DNA of 64,000 nucleotides from Octopus bimaculoides. Lineage: Eukaryota. Each line of letters starts with the position of its first letter. Position 1 is the stretch's first letter. The notes under the pieces were generated by a model. That model made no database searches. It had not been told where the DNA came from and saw only the letters and a list, made by a program, of their open reading frames with translations. The DNA lies in the NCBI RefSeq assembly GCF_001194135.2, contig NC_068982.1, positions 161,602,799 to 161,666,798 of the forward strand, in the 5' to 3' direction. A program made the position numbers and the translations under genes. Below are positions 1-12,000 of the stretch, piece after piece.

Positions 1-911
1 ACTTCAAAGTAAAGTGGTTTTACAGTTTAGGTCTACTCTAAATATTAACAGTCAATCAACAAACATATCTTACCACCACCACCACCACAGTTTTAGGCGA
101 GTTCACCAGTGTTAGAAGTGTGAGTATTTTGTTGTTAATATGGATGGTATTAAGTGTATATCGAAGGAGGGCAACATAGAGGTTATGAAAGGTCAAAAAG
201 TATCTTTCACTATATTTACAACAAAAGAAAATCCTTCTCTCACTATTTGGTTATAACATGAAATAATCACATGTATTAAACAGCTTTGAAGGGGTGGGTT
301 AAATATTTAGTAGTCATTATCAACCAAGGATTTCAGACATTTGTTACAGTGTCTTAAGAGTTTTAAATGAGTAAATTATTTAAACAATTCATTCCTTCAC
401 CACCATAAGCATTGCACACGCACACATACAGTGAATGTTGTGCAGTTTGTGACCTATTTTTTAGATTTCCAGTTGTAATCATAAGAGTATTCCAGCTAGG
501 GGTTGTAAAAAATAAATTGATGAAGAATTAATTGCAATATATTGGTCCAATTAATTGATTGGAGTTGTACTGCCAATTAAATAATTAATTGCTATCATAT
601 CAATTAATTGCAGTTAATTGCAACATTGTCAGTGAAAGTTTTTCAAATGGCTCATACTTCATTCGATGCTTAATCAGCAAATACAATGTTCTATTATTAT
701 TATTTGAAGTATTGAATTGACACTTTGCTCTGACTTCTGAGAATGATTCGCACATTCTGTCATATTTGGGAATTGGTAATTGTGTATGTTGTCAAATAAT
801 CAGTCGAGTGATTCTTGGTTCTGACTGCCGAGAATGATTCACACATTCTGTCTTCAAGTCATTAAATCGTAACTTTGCCTGCAATGCAGTTGTATCTTGA
901 ATTCCAATCCA

Positions 912-1312
912 ATCATCATCATCATCATCGTTTAACGTCTGCTTTCCATGGGTTGAACAATTTGACTGAGGACTGGCAAGCCAGAAGGCTGCACCAGGCT
1001 CCAAACTGATCTGGCAGAGTTTCTACAGCTGGATGCTCTTCCTAACGCCAACCACTCCGAGAGTGTAGTGGGTGCTTTTACGTGCCACGCTCAAAATGGT
1101 GTTTTTTTATGTGCCACCTGCATGGGAGCCAGTCCATCGGCACTGGCAACGACCTCGCTCGAATGATTTTCTAACGTGCCACCAGCACAAGTGCTAGAAG
1201 GCAACGCTGGTTACGATCACACTCAAATGGTGCTATTTACGGGCCACTAGCACGGAAGCCAGACAGCTGCTCTGGCAATGAACACGCTCGACAGTTCTGT
1301 TAGTGCTCCACT
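912..1312 (-). mobile_element. 3' UTR copy of the RTE family (V-domain-like motif, GAT tail)
   Basis: Reverse complement of the 48850-49125 segment, with a (CAT)n tail on the plus strand. Confidence 0.85.
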
Positions 1313-1369
1313 GGTGCGACTAAATTAGACTTTCATCAGCGGAGTGGCGAAATATCTTCTAACCCATGT

Positions 1370-1925
1370 TGCATGAAATGAGAAAATCGTCAGAAAATAT
1401 TTTAACTAAACAGACAGTGAACTTGTATGGAAATGCAAGTGTGGAAAAAAGTTGACCCAAAAAATAGGAACTGGATGGACAAATCTTATAAATCATAAAA
1501 AACCAACATCCAGAGTATTTTACTACACCAGCAAATGGATAAATATCTTTATCGAGTTTTCTTTCACCAAGAAGTAGTTTGGTCAGTCGCTTGGCCTTAA
1601 ATGTTTATGGTTGGATTGAGTGGGTATGTGTTAGTTTAAAACCATCTTCCTTTACTGAAGACCCACTGGCTTGTAAGTACACAAACTTAGGAAGTATGAC
1701 AAATGTGACCTTAAAGAAATACATGGAGAAACTTACTCGAGAAGTGGAAAAGCAAATATCTGATGAACTTCCAAGTAACTTATCATTGGTAATCGACATT
1801 TGGACTAAGGGTTTGACGCATTTCATTGGACCTTTTGCATCTTATTCATGCAATTACCAAAATGAATATCGTACTGTTTTGCTAAAGATGGAAAGGTGTT
1901 GTTTATTGGAAGTTTTGCTGTCATT
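1370..1925 (+). mobile_element. Decayed hAT-like transposase fragment: BED zinc finger plus start of the RNase H-like core
   Basis: From 1428 one frame reads WKCKCGKKLTQKIGTGWTNLINH..(fs)QHPEY (BED finger). ORF 1579-1965 reads GWIEW...KYMEKLTREVEKQISDELPSNLSLVIDIWT.GLTHF, resembling the hAT D-x-W first catalytic motif. Frameshifted. Confidence 0.7.
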
Positions 1926-4488
1926 TCTGCACATTAAGCAAACATGGAAAGACCTTCGTGGTTAGTGACACAGACATACACACTGATTTCTTACATAGAG
2001 ACAAACCTTTATAGAAAAGACTAAATGAGATTGAGTGATGCTCATGTGTTTCCAAAATTTATCTTTCACAAAAATTTAAAAAGTAAAAACCTTGAGAATA
2101 TTATAAACACAATCTCATTTACACTTCCTATAAAGCTTAGTGTCTATGTAACAAATAAGGTGTGTTAGTTTTCTCAGATGTGTACCTAACACATGTACAT
2201 GACAATAACAACAATATTACTCAATAGCAATAATTATGAAACAAAATTAAACATGAACCACAAGTGAGATGTCATCTATATTGAACTACTGGAAAATAAC
2301 TCAGTGTTAATAGTCAGAGGTACACAGCATCCTAACACAGGTCTTTTGAACAAATGAGGTCAGACAACATGCAAGAAATAGCAACTAAATCTCTTTCAAC
2401 TTGTACCTCACTGTCTTAGAAAAAGATACATAGGATAATGTGATCTTGGATTCCATGCAGCTGAAATACTTTTGATCACAGGCTGGCTTGATCAGCGCTA
2501 ACCTGAGACTATAGAACACCAACCCCTGCTGTTTGACCAGTGTTCCATGCATATCCTAGTGTATCTAAAACTACATTATTCAATGTGTCCAGATTGTCAT
2601 GTTTGGCTGTTAATTGCAGCTAGTTGAGTGACCAGGTAAAACTCAACTAGAACAGCATCATAGACTCATCATACCTTTCCTATGAAGATCCTAAATATTT
2701 TAGAAAAGCTAATTCCTAAAATTACCAATCCACAGTCTCTAATGGCACAGATTCTGACCAGATATTCAGAAACCTTACAGAAAAATACACGACTTCCAAT
2801 AACAAAAAATAATCTCCACTCACAAAAAATAATCTCCACATCATATTAACTGCCATATATATTAGTAAAATTTTTGATTTCATCCTCCTGCAATCCACTT
2901 CTAAACAAAACACTGAAGAAATGCTATCAAACTGGTTACTGAACTGTCAAGTTGCTCAGCTGATGTGGAGTACAATAATAATGCATCTGGAACCTGAAAT
3001 ATCCTCAGTATTGTACCACAATGACCCAACCTCTCTGCAGATCTTTAATTTATATAGCTACTCAACCTGACTACACCTCCATAAAACATAGTGTTATATT
3101 CAGATAACATCACAGTCACATTCTCCCACCACCCTTCATAAATAACTATACAACTACATAAACCACTGAGAAATCTGGCTCCAAACAGATAAACTAAAAG
3201 TAGCACCTACTAGAGCCACCATTCATCAGCAGCACTAAACAACAAATACAATCAGCCTTCACATTTAACAACATAAACACACACACACACACGGAAGCTG
3301 AAAATAACAAGGAATACTTACAATGATAGCACATATAGAAGATACAAGAAAAAAGAAAAACATACACAATACAAAAAAAAAAAAAAGACCTATTATACAT
3401 TGTACCAATCCTGTCTAGGTTTCTGGTCTTCCCACAACAAACCACAAAGAACTCAAAACTACACATCTCACCAATTTACATACAGGTTGTGGTCATAAAC
3501 CATCTGCACAGCAAAACAAAATACTCAAAATGAAAAAAGTACTTGTATATATGAGGTACAATTTTGTTGCTGTACCAAGTTCCAATCCTCTCAGTTCCTG
3601 TGAACCACTCTAACATATCTAAGATATGTCCAATACTCTATTACAATCCAGGACAAACCTCATCCACTCGGTTCAAACAAACAAAATGCATTCATCCAAG
3701 AAGAAACATTTATCGTGTTGGTTGGATAAATCTTTTGCCTTTTATATAAAACACAAAAACAGTAAGTGTAAGCCAGCAAAGAAGTGTCTGTGTGGTCATT
3801 GACCAGCTATAAATAGCAGTGAAATCTTCCTCAAACCACAGCCTACTATCTTAGAAGAACATACTGAATAATGTAATCATAAATATACTTTATAAAAAAA
3901 AGAAATAAAAAGGAAAAGATAGGTATGGTTGGAATGTCTTTTGATCCGAGTTGATCTTGAGCTAAACAACAACAATATCAACCTCATTTACTCCAAATAC
4001 TGCCAGGATGTATATAATGGTAAGAGAAGATCACCAGTTACACACACTAACTATCTCCATTCTGATCACTAATAGAATCTTGAGGCATATATGAACCAAC
4101 AAAGAGTTACTATATGGTTACTCAGCCTGCTAACAGCAGAGAGATCTATTTCCTACCTACTAAAAGAAAGGATACATTATACAAATATTTATTAGTGACA
4201 GAGGCAGTATTAATATCAATGGGTAATATTTATGCCCACTTAAATGTGGATGGTCTAACATCCACATTTAAGTGGGCATAAACATTATACAAAATAATGA
4301 CATGATCATATGTCTACTTGATCAAAGGTGGCCTGAAGCTAAACAACAATCAGGCATGGAGAGCAGAAAAAAGGTAATAAACTTGGAATGTCACATTGTA
4401 CACCATACAATAAACCACTGCATGTTGTTTAGCCATAGGTAAGGCCTGGTTAATGCATAGGTCTTTAACTAAGTAAAAGAAATAACAA

Positions 4489-4863
4489 TGATCGTTACCA
4501 GTGGCACGTGAAAAAACATTTGAGCAAGGTCATTGCCAGTGCCGCTGGACTGGCTCCTGTGCAGGTGGCACGTAAAAAACACCATTTGAGCGTGACCGTT
4601 GCCAGTACCACCTGACTGGCCCTCGTGCCGGTGGCACGTTAAAGCACCCACTACACTCTCGGAGTGGNNNNNNNNNNGGTGGCACGTTAAAGCACCCACT
4701 ACACTCTCGGAGTGGTTGGTGTTAGGAAGGGCATCCAGCTGTAGAAACTCTGCCAGATCAGATTGGAGCCTGGTGTAGCCATCTGGTTTGCCAGTCCTCA
4801 GTCAAATCGTCCAACCCATGCTCGCATGGAAAGTGGACGCTAGAAGATGATGATGATGATGAT
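4489..4863 (+). mobile_element. 3' UTR copy of the RTE family (spans a 10-N gap)
   Basis: gtggcacgtaaaa repeats, ggttggtgttaggaagggcatccagctgtagaaactctgcc, and a (GAT)n tail. Confidence 0.88.
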
Positions 4864-7476
4864 CTGAAACAGTAATTCTATGAGTTATAACTGGTTGTTT
4901 GATAGAAGCACCAGACACATGTTTCTCTTTAAATGAAAAGCAAGAAGACATTGGATAACGGTAGTTCACATATGATAAAAAAAGGCAAGATGGTCATATA
5001 TGAAATGATTTCATGTATAACTTTTTACATATGTGCTCCATCAAGACTGTCCCGGGGTTACACAACAATAACAACTATCTTAAGTGCTTATAGTCTACTT
5101 GAGAGCTGATCTTTGGAGATAGAGAATGAAATGTTTTCTGAATAAGGAGTCTGTCTGAAACATTACATTTCATCACTGCACTATGGCATACAAACTTATA
5201 TTCCATTTCCTGATTTCTGTTGATGTAGGTAACTGTTACCACTAGTTTTCTTGGACTCTGGTTTTTATAAATAACCACAGCCAAGAATAGCAAAAGCTCA
5301 TCACCAACCTACAACACTTACTTCCAATAAACATTGATTCTAGAATTATCTGGAAATCTGATGTAATTTAAAAGGATGAAGAAAAAGGAGAAGAAAAGTT
5401 ACTAAAATGATATCAAATGATATCTCGGGTAACATCAAATATGCCAGACGGATTTTTCATGTTTCAGGTATGGAAAAAAAAAAAAAGTAAATAAAATGAT
5501 TAACCAAAGCAACGTCAACAAAAACAAAACCTATTTTATTTACTTTGGATGTGTGAGGTTATTAAGTACAAGCTATAGGCTGACTTCCATCACCTGAATA
5601 GAGGTGGAGGTGGGAAGCAGAGGAAGAAGCTGAGCAAAGAAGAAAAGTTTATTTTTGGCAATTGATATGAAGAGACGGGAAGGGTTTGTAGAATTTAGTG
5701 CTAGGCTCACCAGCACCCCAACCTCAAACACAAACATTGTTGCAGACAAAACAGTGAAGTGTACTGTGTGTCAGTCGGTTTCTTAAAAACTTACATTCTC
5801 CAGTTTGTTTGTATATCAGCTCCTCTGTCAGAGACATCAAATTAATCAGTCAAAGTTATATTTTGTACCTCAATTATTAGCTTTATTTAATTTTATTCTA
5901 TTTATTTACTGTTTCCCTCACAACAAGCAATGTTTATTTGTGAGACTTTGACATGGATGGGACAAAGATGTGCCCTTTTCTTTCAGATAATCTCACCATC
6001 AAATGAACTGATGGAGGAGCCTGTACATTCAACCTCCTAATCCAAATCTCACTCAAATCATATTTATATTAAAAAAACAGGAAAGCTATAATGGACAAGT
6101 CATCAAGATACTATAAAAACAAGACTGATGGGATGATTTGTAAGACTGGGGCTGATGTGGGTACTAAAACAACAGTGATTATTAACAAGGAAGTGAGATC
6201 AATGTTAAAAAGGTGGTTAGAGGATCAATGACACTGAAAGTGGGGTAGCTGATAGGGAAATAAAAGAACCATTAATGAGTAGGAGGATAGGTATCAAAAA
6301 CTACTGAGTAGAATCTAAATGAAGGAATTCATTTTCCAACATGAATGATAATCAAAGGCATAACTGTTTCATATTTTTAAGGATATCTAAAACTATATTG
6401 TCTCCTTCCAGCTTGTTGTTAAGGTGTAATTTGAGGGAGATTTGGTTACTATTTGGAGCAGGTCAAGTAACCCTATAAAGAGTAGATTGCTGATTCACCA
6501 AAAGAAGTGTTTATTTGTAGGATCATACTTTAAAATATTTTTAAATTCATGAAATGTAATACTTTTACATGCATAATTAGACACATACTAAAAGGTGAGT
6601 CTGGAGAGAGGAGTTGCCAGAGTAATTTAGTTGCTACTTTTATATTGAGTGACTGCAGAGACACTACTTCACTGAATGCCCTGCTTTAGATGTGTGATAC
6701 ATTTGAATAATGAGTCATTATCATTCTCATTTTTAAATTCACTTTCCCATGCTGATACAGGAGTGAGTAGGTCATTTTCAACATAACATTTCTCAATTGG
6801 TGATGAAAACTCCCATCCATTGGGTCCAGTTTGCAGATAGGGAAATGACCTGTAGATATAAAAATTTAGCTGCAAATATTCAATAAGCAGTCTTGGACAA
6901 AATCATGGTTTGCCCTTTGGCAAGGTGCAGCACCCATTTGCCACTCTGTCAGGTGAAACCCTGAAACCTTTAAAAGAGTGGAAATGCTACTATCATTGGA
7001 AAGCAGGATAGAAGTAGAGAATAAAATGCAAAGCATAAAAAAAAAAAAAATTGGTCTTTGGATTTTTTCCCATTTTGCAGAATAGATTATACTTTTATGA
7101 ATCTTGGTCTGGGAAACCCATCAGTTTGATTGGCACTACAATCATCTATAGAACCTGCGACTGGAGATGAGAAATTAGCAATTGAAAGACATCATGGTCC
7201 TTTATGTTCTTTGTGAAGACAACCCTCCTGTGTGAAAAAGCATTGCATGCAGACAGAAGCTGTAGTTAAGAAATGATGAGGTGAGATCCACAATAAACAT
7301 GCTGAATGACAGTAACAATAACTGATGTACCACCATGTAAAAACAGATTTTAAAGAATTGATTATAACGTATACTTATAAGTTACATTAAACTTTGAAGG
7401 AATGCTGAGGTGCAACTAAAAACTCAATTTGACCGTCCTTGCAGTTTTGTCAGATACAGTATGGTTAATAGATAAT

Positions 7477-7820
7477 GAAGGTGCATGGCTTAGTGCTTAG
7501 AGCATCAGGCTTACAACCATGAGGTAGTGAGTTCAATTCTCAGACTGGGCTGTGTGTTGTGTTCTTGAGCAACATACTTTATTTCAGGTTGCTCCAGTTC
7601 ACTCAACTGTAGAAATGGGTTGCAATGTCACTGGTGCCAAGCTGTATTGACCTTTGCCTTTCTTTTGAACATCAGTGGCATGAAGAAGGGAGGCTGGTAT
7701 GCATGGGCAACTGCTGGTCTTCCATAAACAACCTTGCCTGGACTTGTGCCTTGGAGGGGAACTTTCTTGGTGCAATCTCATGGACATTCATGACTGAGGG
7801 AGGTCTTTGCCCTTTACCCA
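7477..7820 (+). mobile_element. Second tRNA-derived CORE-like SINE family
   Basis: A-box-like gcatggcttagtgcttagag, B-box-like gagttcaattc, gtgttcttgagcaa CORE-like start and a distinct 3' part. Confidence 0.75.
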
Positions 7821-7896
7821 ACAAATGATAATATCTCAGGGTAGATATCGAACTGATAATAAATTACCAATAAAAATTACAAAACACACTACACAG

Positions 7897-8285
7897 TTTA
7901 CTCTTTTACTTGTTTCAGTCATTTGACTGCGGCCATGCTGGAGCACCGCCTTTAGTCGAGCAGATCGACCTCAGGACTTATTCTTCAGAAGCCTAGTACT
8001 TATTCTATCGGTCTCTTTTGCCGAACCGCTAAGTTACGGAAACGTAAACACACCAGCATCGGTTGTCAAGCAATGTTGGGGGGACAAGCACAGACACACA
8101 AACACACACGCATATATATATATATATATATATATACAACGGGCTTCTTTCAGTTTCCGTCTACCAAATCCACTCACAAGGCTTTGGTCGGCCCAAGGCT
8201 ATAGTAGAAGACACTTGCCCAAGGTGACATGCAGTGGGACTGAACCCGAAACCATGTGGCTGGTAAGCAAACAACTTACCACACA
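7897..8285 (-). mobile_element. tRNA-derived CORE-type SINE (octopus OR/OK-like), near full length
   Basis: Minus strand: tRNA-like head ..ggttcagtcccactg.., CORE-like caccttgggcaagtgtcttct, internal (TA/CA) tract and gactgaaacaagtaaaaga tail. Further copies occur at about 9945-10060, 14355-14460, 16960-17090, 19185-19385, 22452-22620, 23920-24085, 26780-26960(-), 29885-30270, 37240-37565(-), 38070-38412(-), 39540-39680(-), 44465-44570(-) and 49500-49650(-). Confidence 0.85.
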
Positions 8286-10529
8286 ATATATTTCATTATA
8301 TCAAAATGAAACTATGAAATAGAATTAGCACTGTATCAGATTTGCTATGTTGATACAGACTCGCTAGGGCTTCACCCATGCCAAATATCAAGTAGAGAAA
8401 CAACCTGGTCAATGCTGCTCTTAAAAAGTTACATAGTCATAAAATTTTTTTAAATTAGAAAAAGAATACCCTTGATCATATAGGTGTGCTTAATCAAGGC
8501 TAACCTAGGGCTAAACAATGACCACAACAACCAGTTGGACTACTTTTTCTTTTCTATTATTTTGTACTTATAAAAAAAAAATGTTATGATGTTGTTAGCT
8601 GCAGGTTAGATTTGAATGAACTGACCTATAATCAAAGGTGTTAAGGCCATAACCATATCATCTTTACTTGATAAAATACTTTACTGACTCGGTAAAAGTG
8701 AAAAGTAACAGCAACTGTGTTTCACATGTGTCTATCTGTCGATAGATAGTAGCTGTTCAGAATGTAGTAACCTTCCATTTACATGAGATTGCTGATGGGG
8801 TGGGGGTGGAGACAGAAGAACATTTTTTTAAAAAATCAGGGTTAACTGTTACAAGAGTTAGGTTGAGGTACATAAAGACAGGCAAAATACTGCTAAGCAT
8901 TTCACCCAGCTCGCCACCTTACTTTTTAGAATGACATTGTAGGCTAGGTGTGAGAGGTTAGATCTGATCAGTTTTAGCATAAAACAAGTAGAATATTTGG
9001 GCTGGATATCGCCTGAATCACACACATATGGATGTACATATATATGTATATCAGAGAGAGAGTGTGTTAAAGACTAGGTTAGATTCAGTGATTTGATTAT
9101 AGTTTTATTATGTCAAACAAGTTTAATAACATTCTGCTGTTTCACTGTTTCATTAACAAGTAGCTGTGGTGATGATAATGATGGTAGTAGTGGTTGGTGG
9201 TTTATGATGGAGGCAGCAGTGGAGGTACTGATGATTGGTAATAGATGATGGTGGTAGGGAGCATTTATAATGCTAATGGATGATGACTGCTGTGTAATTT
9301 AATTGAATATTACAAATAGATTTGCTTTTATTTTCTTTATATCTTTTGAACCTAATCATTCTCAAAGTATATTTTAATGACATTGAAAAGGTCACACACA
9401 TACACACAGTGACCAAACTTAAATCAGATGAGTTCTCCATAAAACAACATTTTAATTTTCCTAAGAATGTGACAGCTGAATAGAAAGATCTATTTTTACT
9501 GAATTATTTGTTGTAAATAGAGTAAATGTGCAGGAATCTTATTTCTGGCTAGACTATAATAAATATAATTAATTAATCAAATATGAGGACTGATCTTTAA
9601 TTCAATTTAGCAGTTTCGTTACAAAAGTAGAGCAGCTGACCAATTCATTTTTGTCAAGAGAAACCTCAAGCCATTCATGCACCATTCTTACCAGGAAATA
9701 TAGATGGATGTCGCTTTGTAAAGAATTAATTTTTCATATAACCAAAGCAGTATTCCAATGAGCAAAGGGAGCCTCTACAAAATTGCTTTACATGTTAATA
9801 ACAGCAACCAAATCTTCCTCAAACTACACATTACCATCTTCAAAAAAGCAAAAAAAAAAAAAAACAGGATAGTAATGGCTGAAATACTTCTTGGCTTGGA
9901 TTAACTACTACTACTACCACCACCACCATATGAAATTCAAACAGCTCCATTGGGATCTTGAGCAAGTGTCTTCTGCTATAGCCCCAAACCAATCAGTACC
10001 TTGTGAATAGAATTGTAGACAGAAACTGTAGGGAAGCCCATCTTGTTGCTATTTGTGTGTGTGTGTGTGTGTGTGTATTCACATCCCACTCTTTTGCTTT
10101 TCACCAACTAAGCAAAATGAAATGCTTACTTTTTCTTGTTGACATTATGACCCGGCTGGTCACTGTACATTTTTTATTCCACTCTAACTCACTACTTCAC
10201 CAGGGACTAATTTGAGAGACGGGGCCAGGAAATGAGTCTTAAATAAGCTCTAATGCTAATAGCAGTGCTCTAGCAGAACCATAGCCTCTTGCTGAAACCA
10301 ATAATAGAATAATAAAACAGAATTAAATGAAAAAAACAAATGATTATGTTCCAAAGATTGGAAACAAGAAACTTGGAGTAATGATTTGTGAAGTTTCAAC
10401 TTCCAACAAAATGATACAATGCTACTTCAATATTTAATACTCTCTTAATTGTGTATACTTCCACACATGCTAGCATGGAAAACAGACGTTAAACAAACAA
10501 ACGATACATAAAATGTTTGAAATACTTAC

Positions 10530-10557
10530 AATTCTAGAACATCTTCAAGCACCATAT
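10530..10557 (-). CDS. LSM5: LSm5 exon 3 (28 nt), (N)MVLEDVLE-(F)
   Basis: ttcag|AT ATG GTG CTT GAA GAT GTT CTA GAA TT|gtaagt. In frame with exon 2 and matches LSm5 NMVLEDV(T)EF. Confidence 0.95.
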
Positions 10558-11049
10558 CTGAATTGTGGTTATGGAAAAATATATAATTTTGCAGGAAACA
10601 GTATAAGTTGAACAATTATTAATATTTTTATATTAGGAAGAAGTGTGTGTGTGGGAGGGAAGGGTGTAATGAACAATAATATAGATATAATACTATACCA
10701 TCAAGATACACGTTTCAATTTAATAAAAAAAGTTAATTCTATAGGTTTCAGTTCATGTAGATGTCAGAGAAAGCATATTAGATATTTGCCACAAGTCAAC
10801 TTCCTATCCAGTAGAGTGGAAAATTCCTGTTTCTTCCATAACACTATAGAGAGCAGAGAGCTTTCATGCAGTTGCTCAGTCAGGCAGAAACAATAACCAA
10901 ATCTTTTATTTGAAAAAAATTTAACTGTTATTTCTAGAGTGTCATGTGACACATACAATCTCCTATATTGGCTCAATAGTCGTGTTGAGATACTAAATAA
11001 TATTCATAACTGCTTACCTCAGTCAGACTGGCTGACAATGCTTACTTCA

Positions 11050-12000
11050 TAGTTGAGTGATTAGCAGTACATATAGCACCAAAGTGTAAAAACATGATTC
11101 AAGAATATGTAAATGATCATATTTGCCAGAATTAAACTACCCTGGTGACAAAGAGATTTGAACTTAGAAACAAAGGGACCAAACCACAAGATATTTAAGC
11201 CCACTGCTCTGTTCTAACAACAACAATGGTTTCTAATTTAGGTACAAGGCCAACAATTTTAAGAATTCGAGTAAGTACCAGTTGAGCACTAGAGTTGATG
11301 TAATCAACAAGCCCAGTCCACCAAAATTTCATGCCTTATGTCTATTTTAGAAGGGATTATTATTATTGTTGTTTGTTAATAAGGATATCAACAATCCTTT
11401 CTACTGGAAGCACAAGGCCTCAAATTTGTGGGGTGGGGGCTAGTTGATTATATCGACCCCAGTGTTTTATTGGTACTTCATCTACTGACCCTGAAAGGAT
11501 GAAAGGCAAAGTCAACCTTGGAGAAATTCAGAATGTAGTGACGGGCGAAATACCACTAAGCATTTCATTCAGTGCACTAACGATTCTTCCAGCCCACTGC
11601 CTTAAGAATATCAACAACAAGACCAGTAATTTTTGAAGGGGGAGGGGTTAATTGATTACATAAACCCCAGTATTTGGATGGGGCTATATTTTATCAATCC
11701 TGGAAGGATGAAAAGAAAAGCTGATCTCGAGAGGATTTGAATTGAGTAAGTCACTTAACCCAACATTCTGCTAATTCTGTCGCAACACAACTGCAATAAA
11801 ACAACAATAATCGTGATGATGATTTCAAATATTAGCACAAAACTGCAAATTTTAAAGGAGTTGTATTTATTTTTTCACCCTTCCCCCACCAGCATTTAGC
11901 TGACATTATATTTTATCAACCCATAGACAGATGAAAAGTAAAGTTGACATTGGCAAGATTTGAACTTAGAGCATAAAATAACAAGATGACTTGTAAATAG
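11050..12000. mobile_element. Cluster of tRNA-derived SINEs with a gcctttcatccttt..ggtcaataaaat..tacc central domain (Meta-domain-like)
   Basis: The best copy is 11394-11604 on the minus strand, with further fragments on both sides. Confidence 0.7.

Noticed and set aside
729-852. CRISPR-like repeat-spacer array
   Set aside because: Only two units, eukaryotic context and no cas genes. The same applies to 23458-23572.
4630-4715. Exact 38-bp tandem duplication in the RTE tail
   Set aside because: The two copies sit on either side of a 10-N gap, which is typical unmerged contig overlap.
1-10529. LSM5 exons 4-5 (E.TPEGRR.TKLDQILLNGNNITM / LVPGG)
   Set aside because: Searched by eye for the expected codon patterns and phase-2 acceptors and found no match. 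LVPGEVVS at about 10210 lacks an acceptor AG. These exons are probably outside the window.
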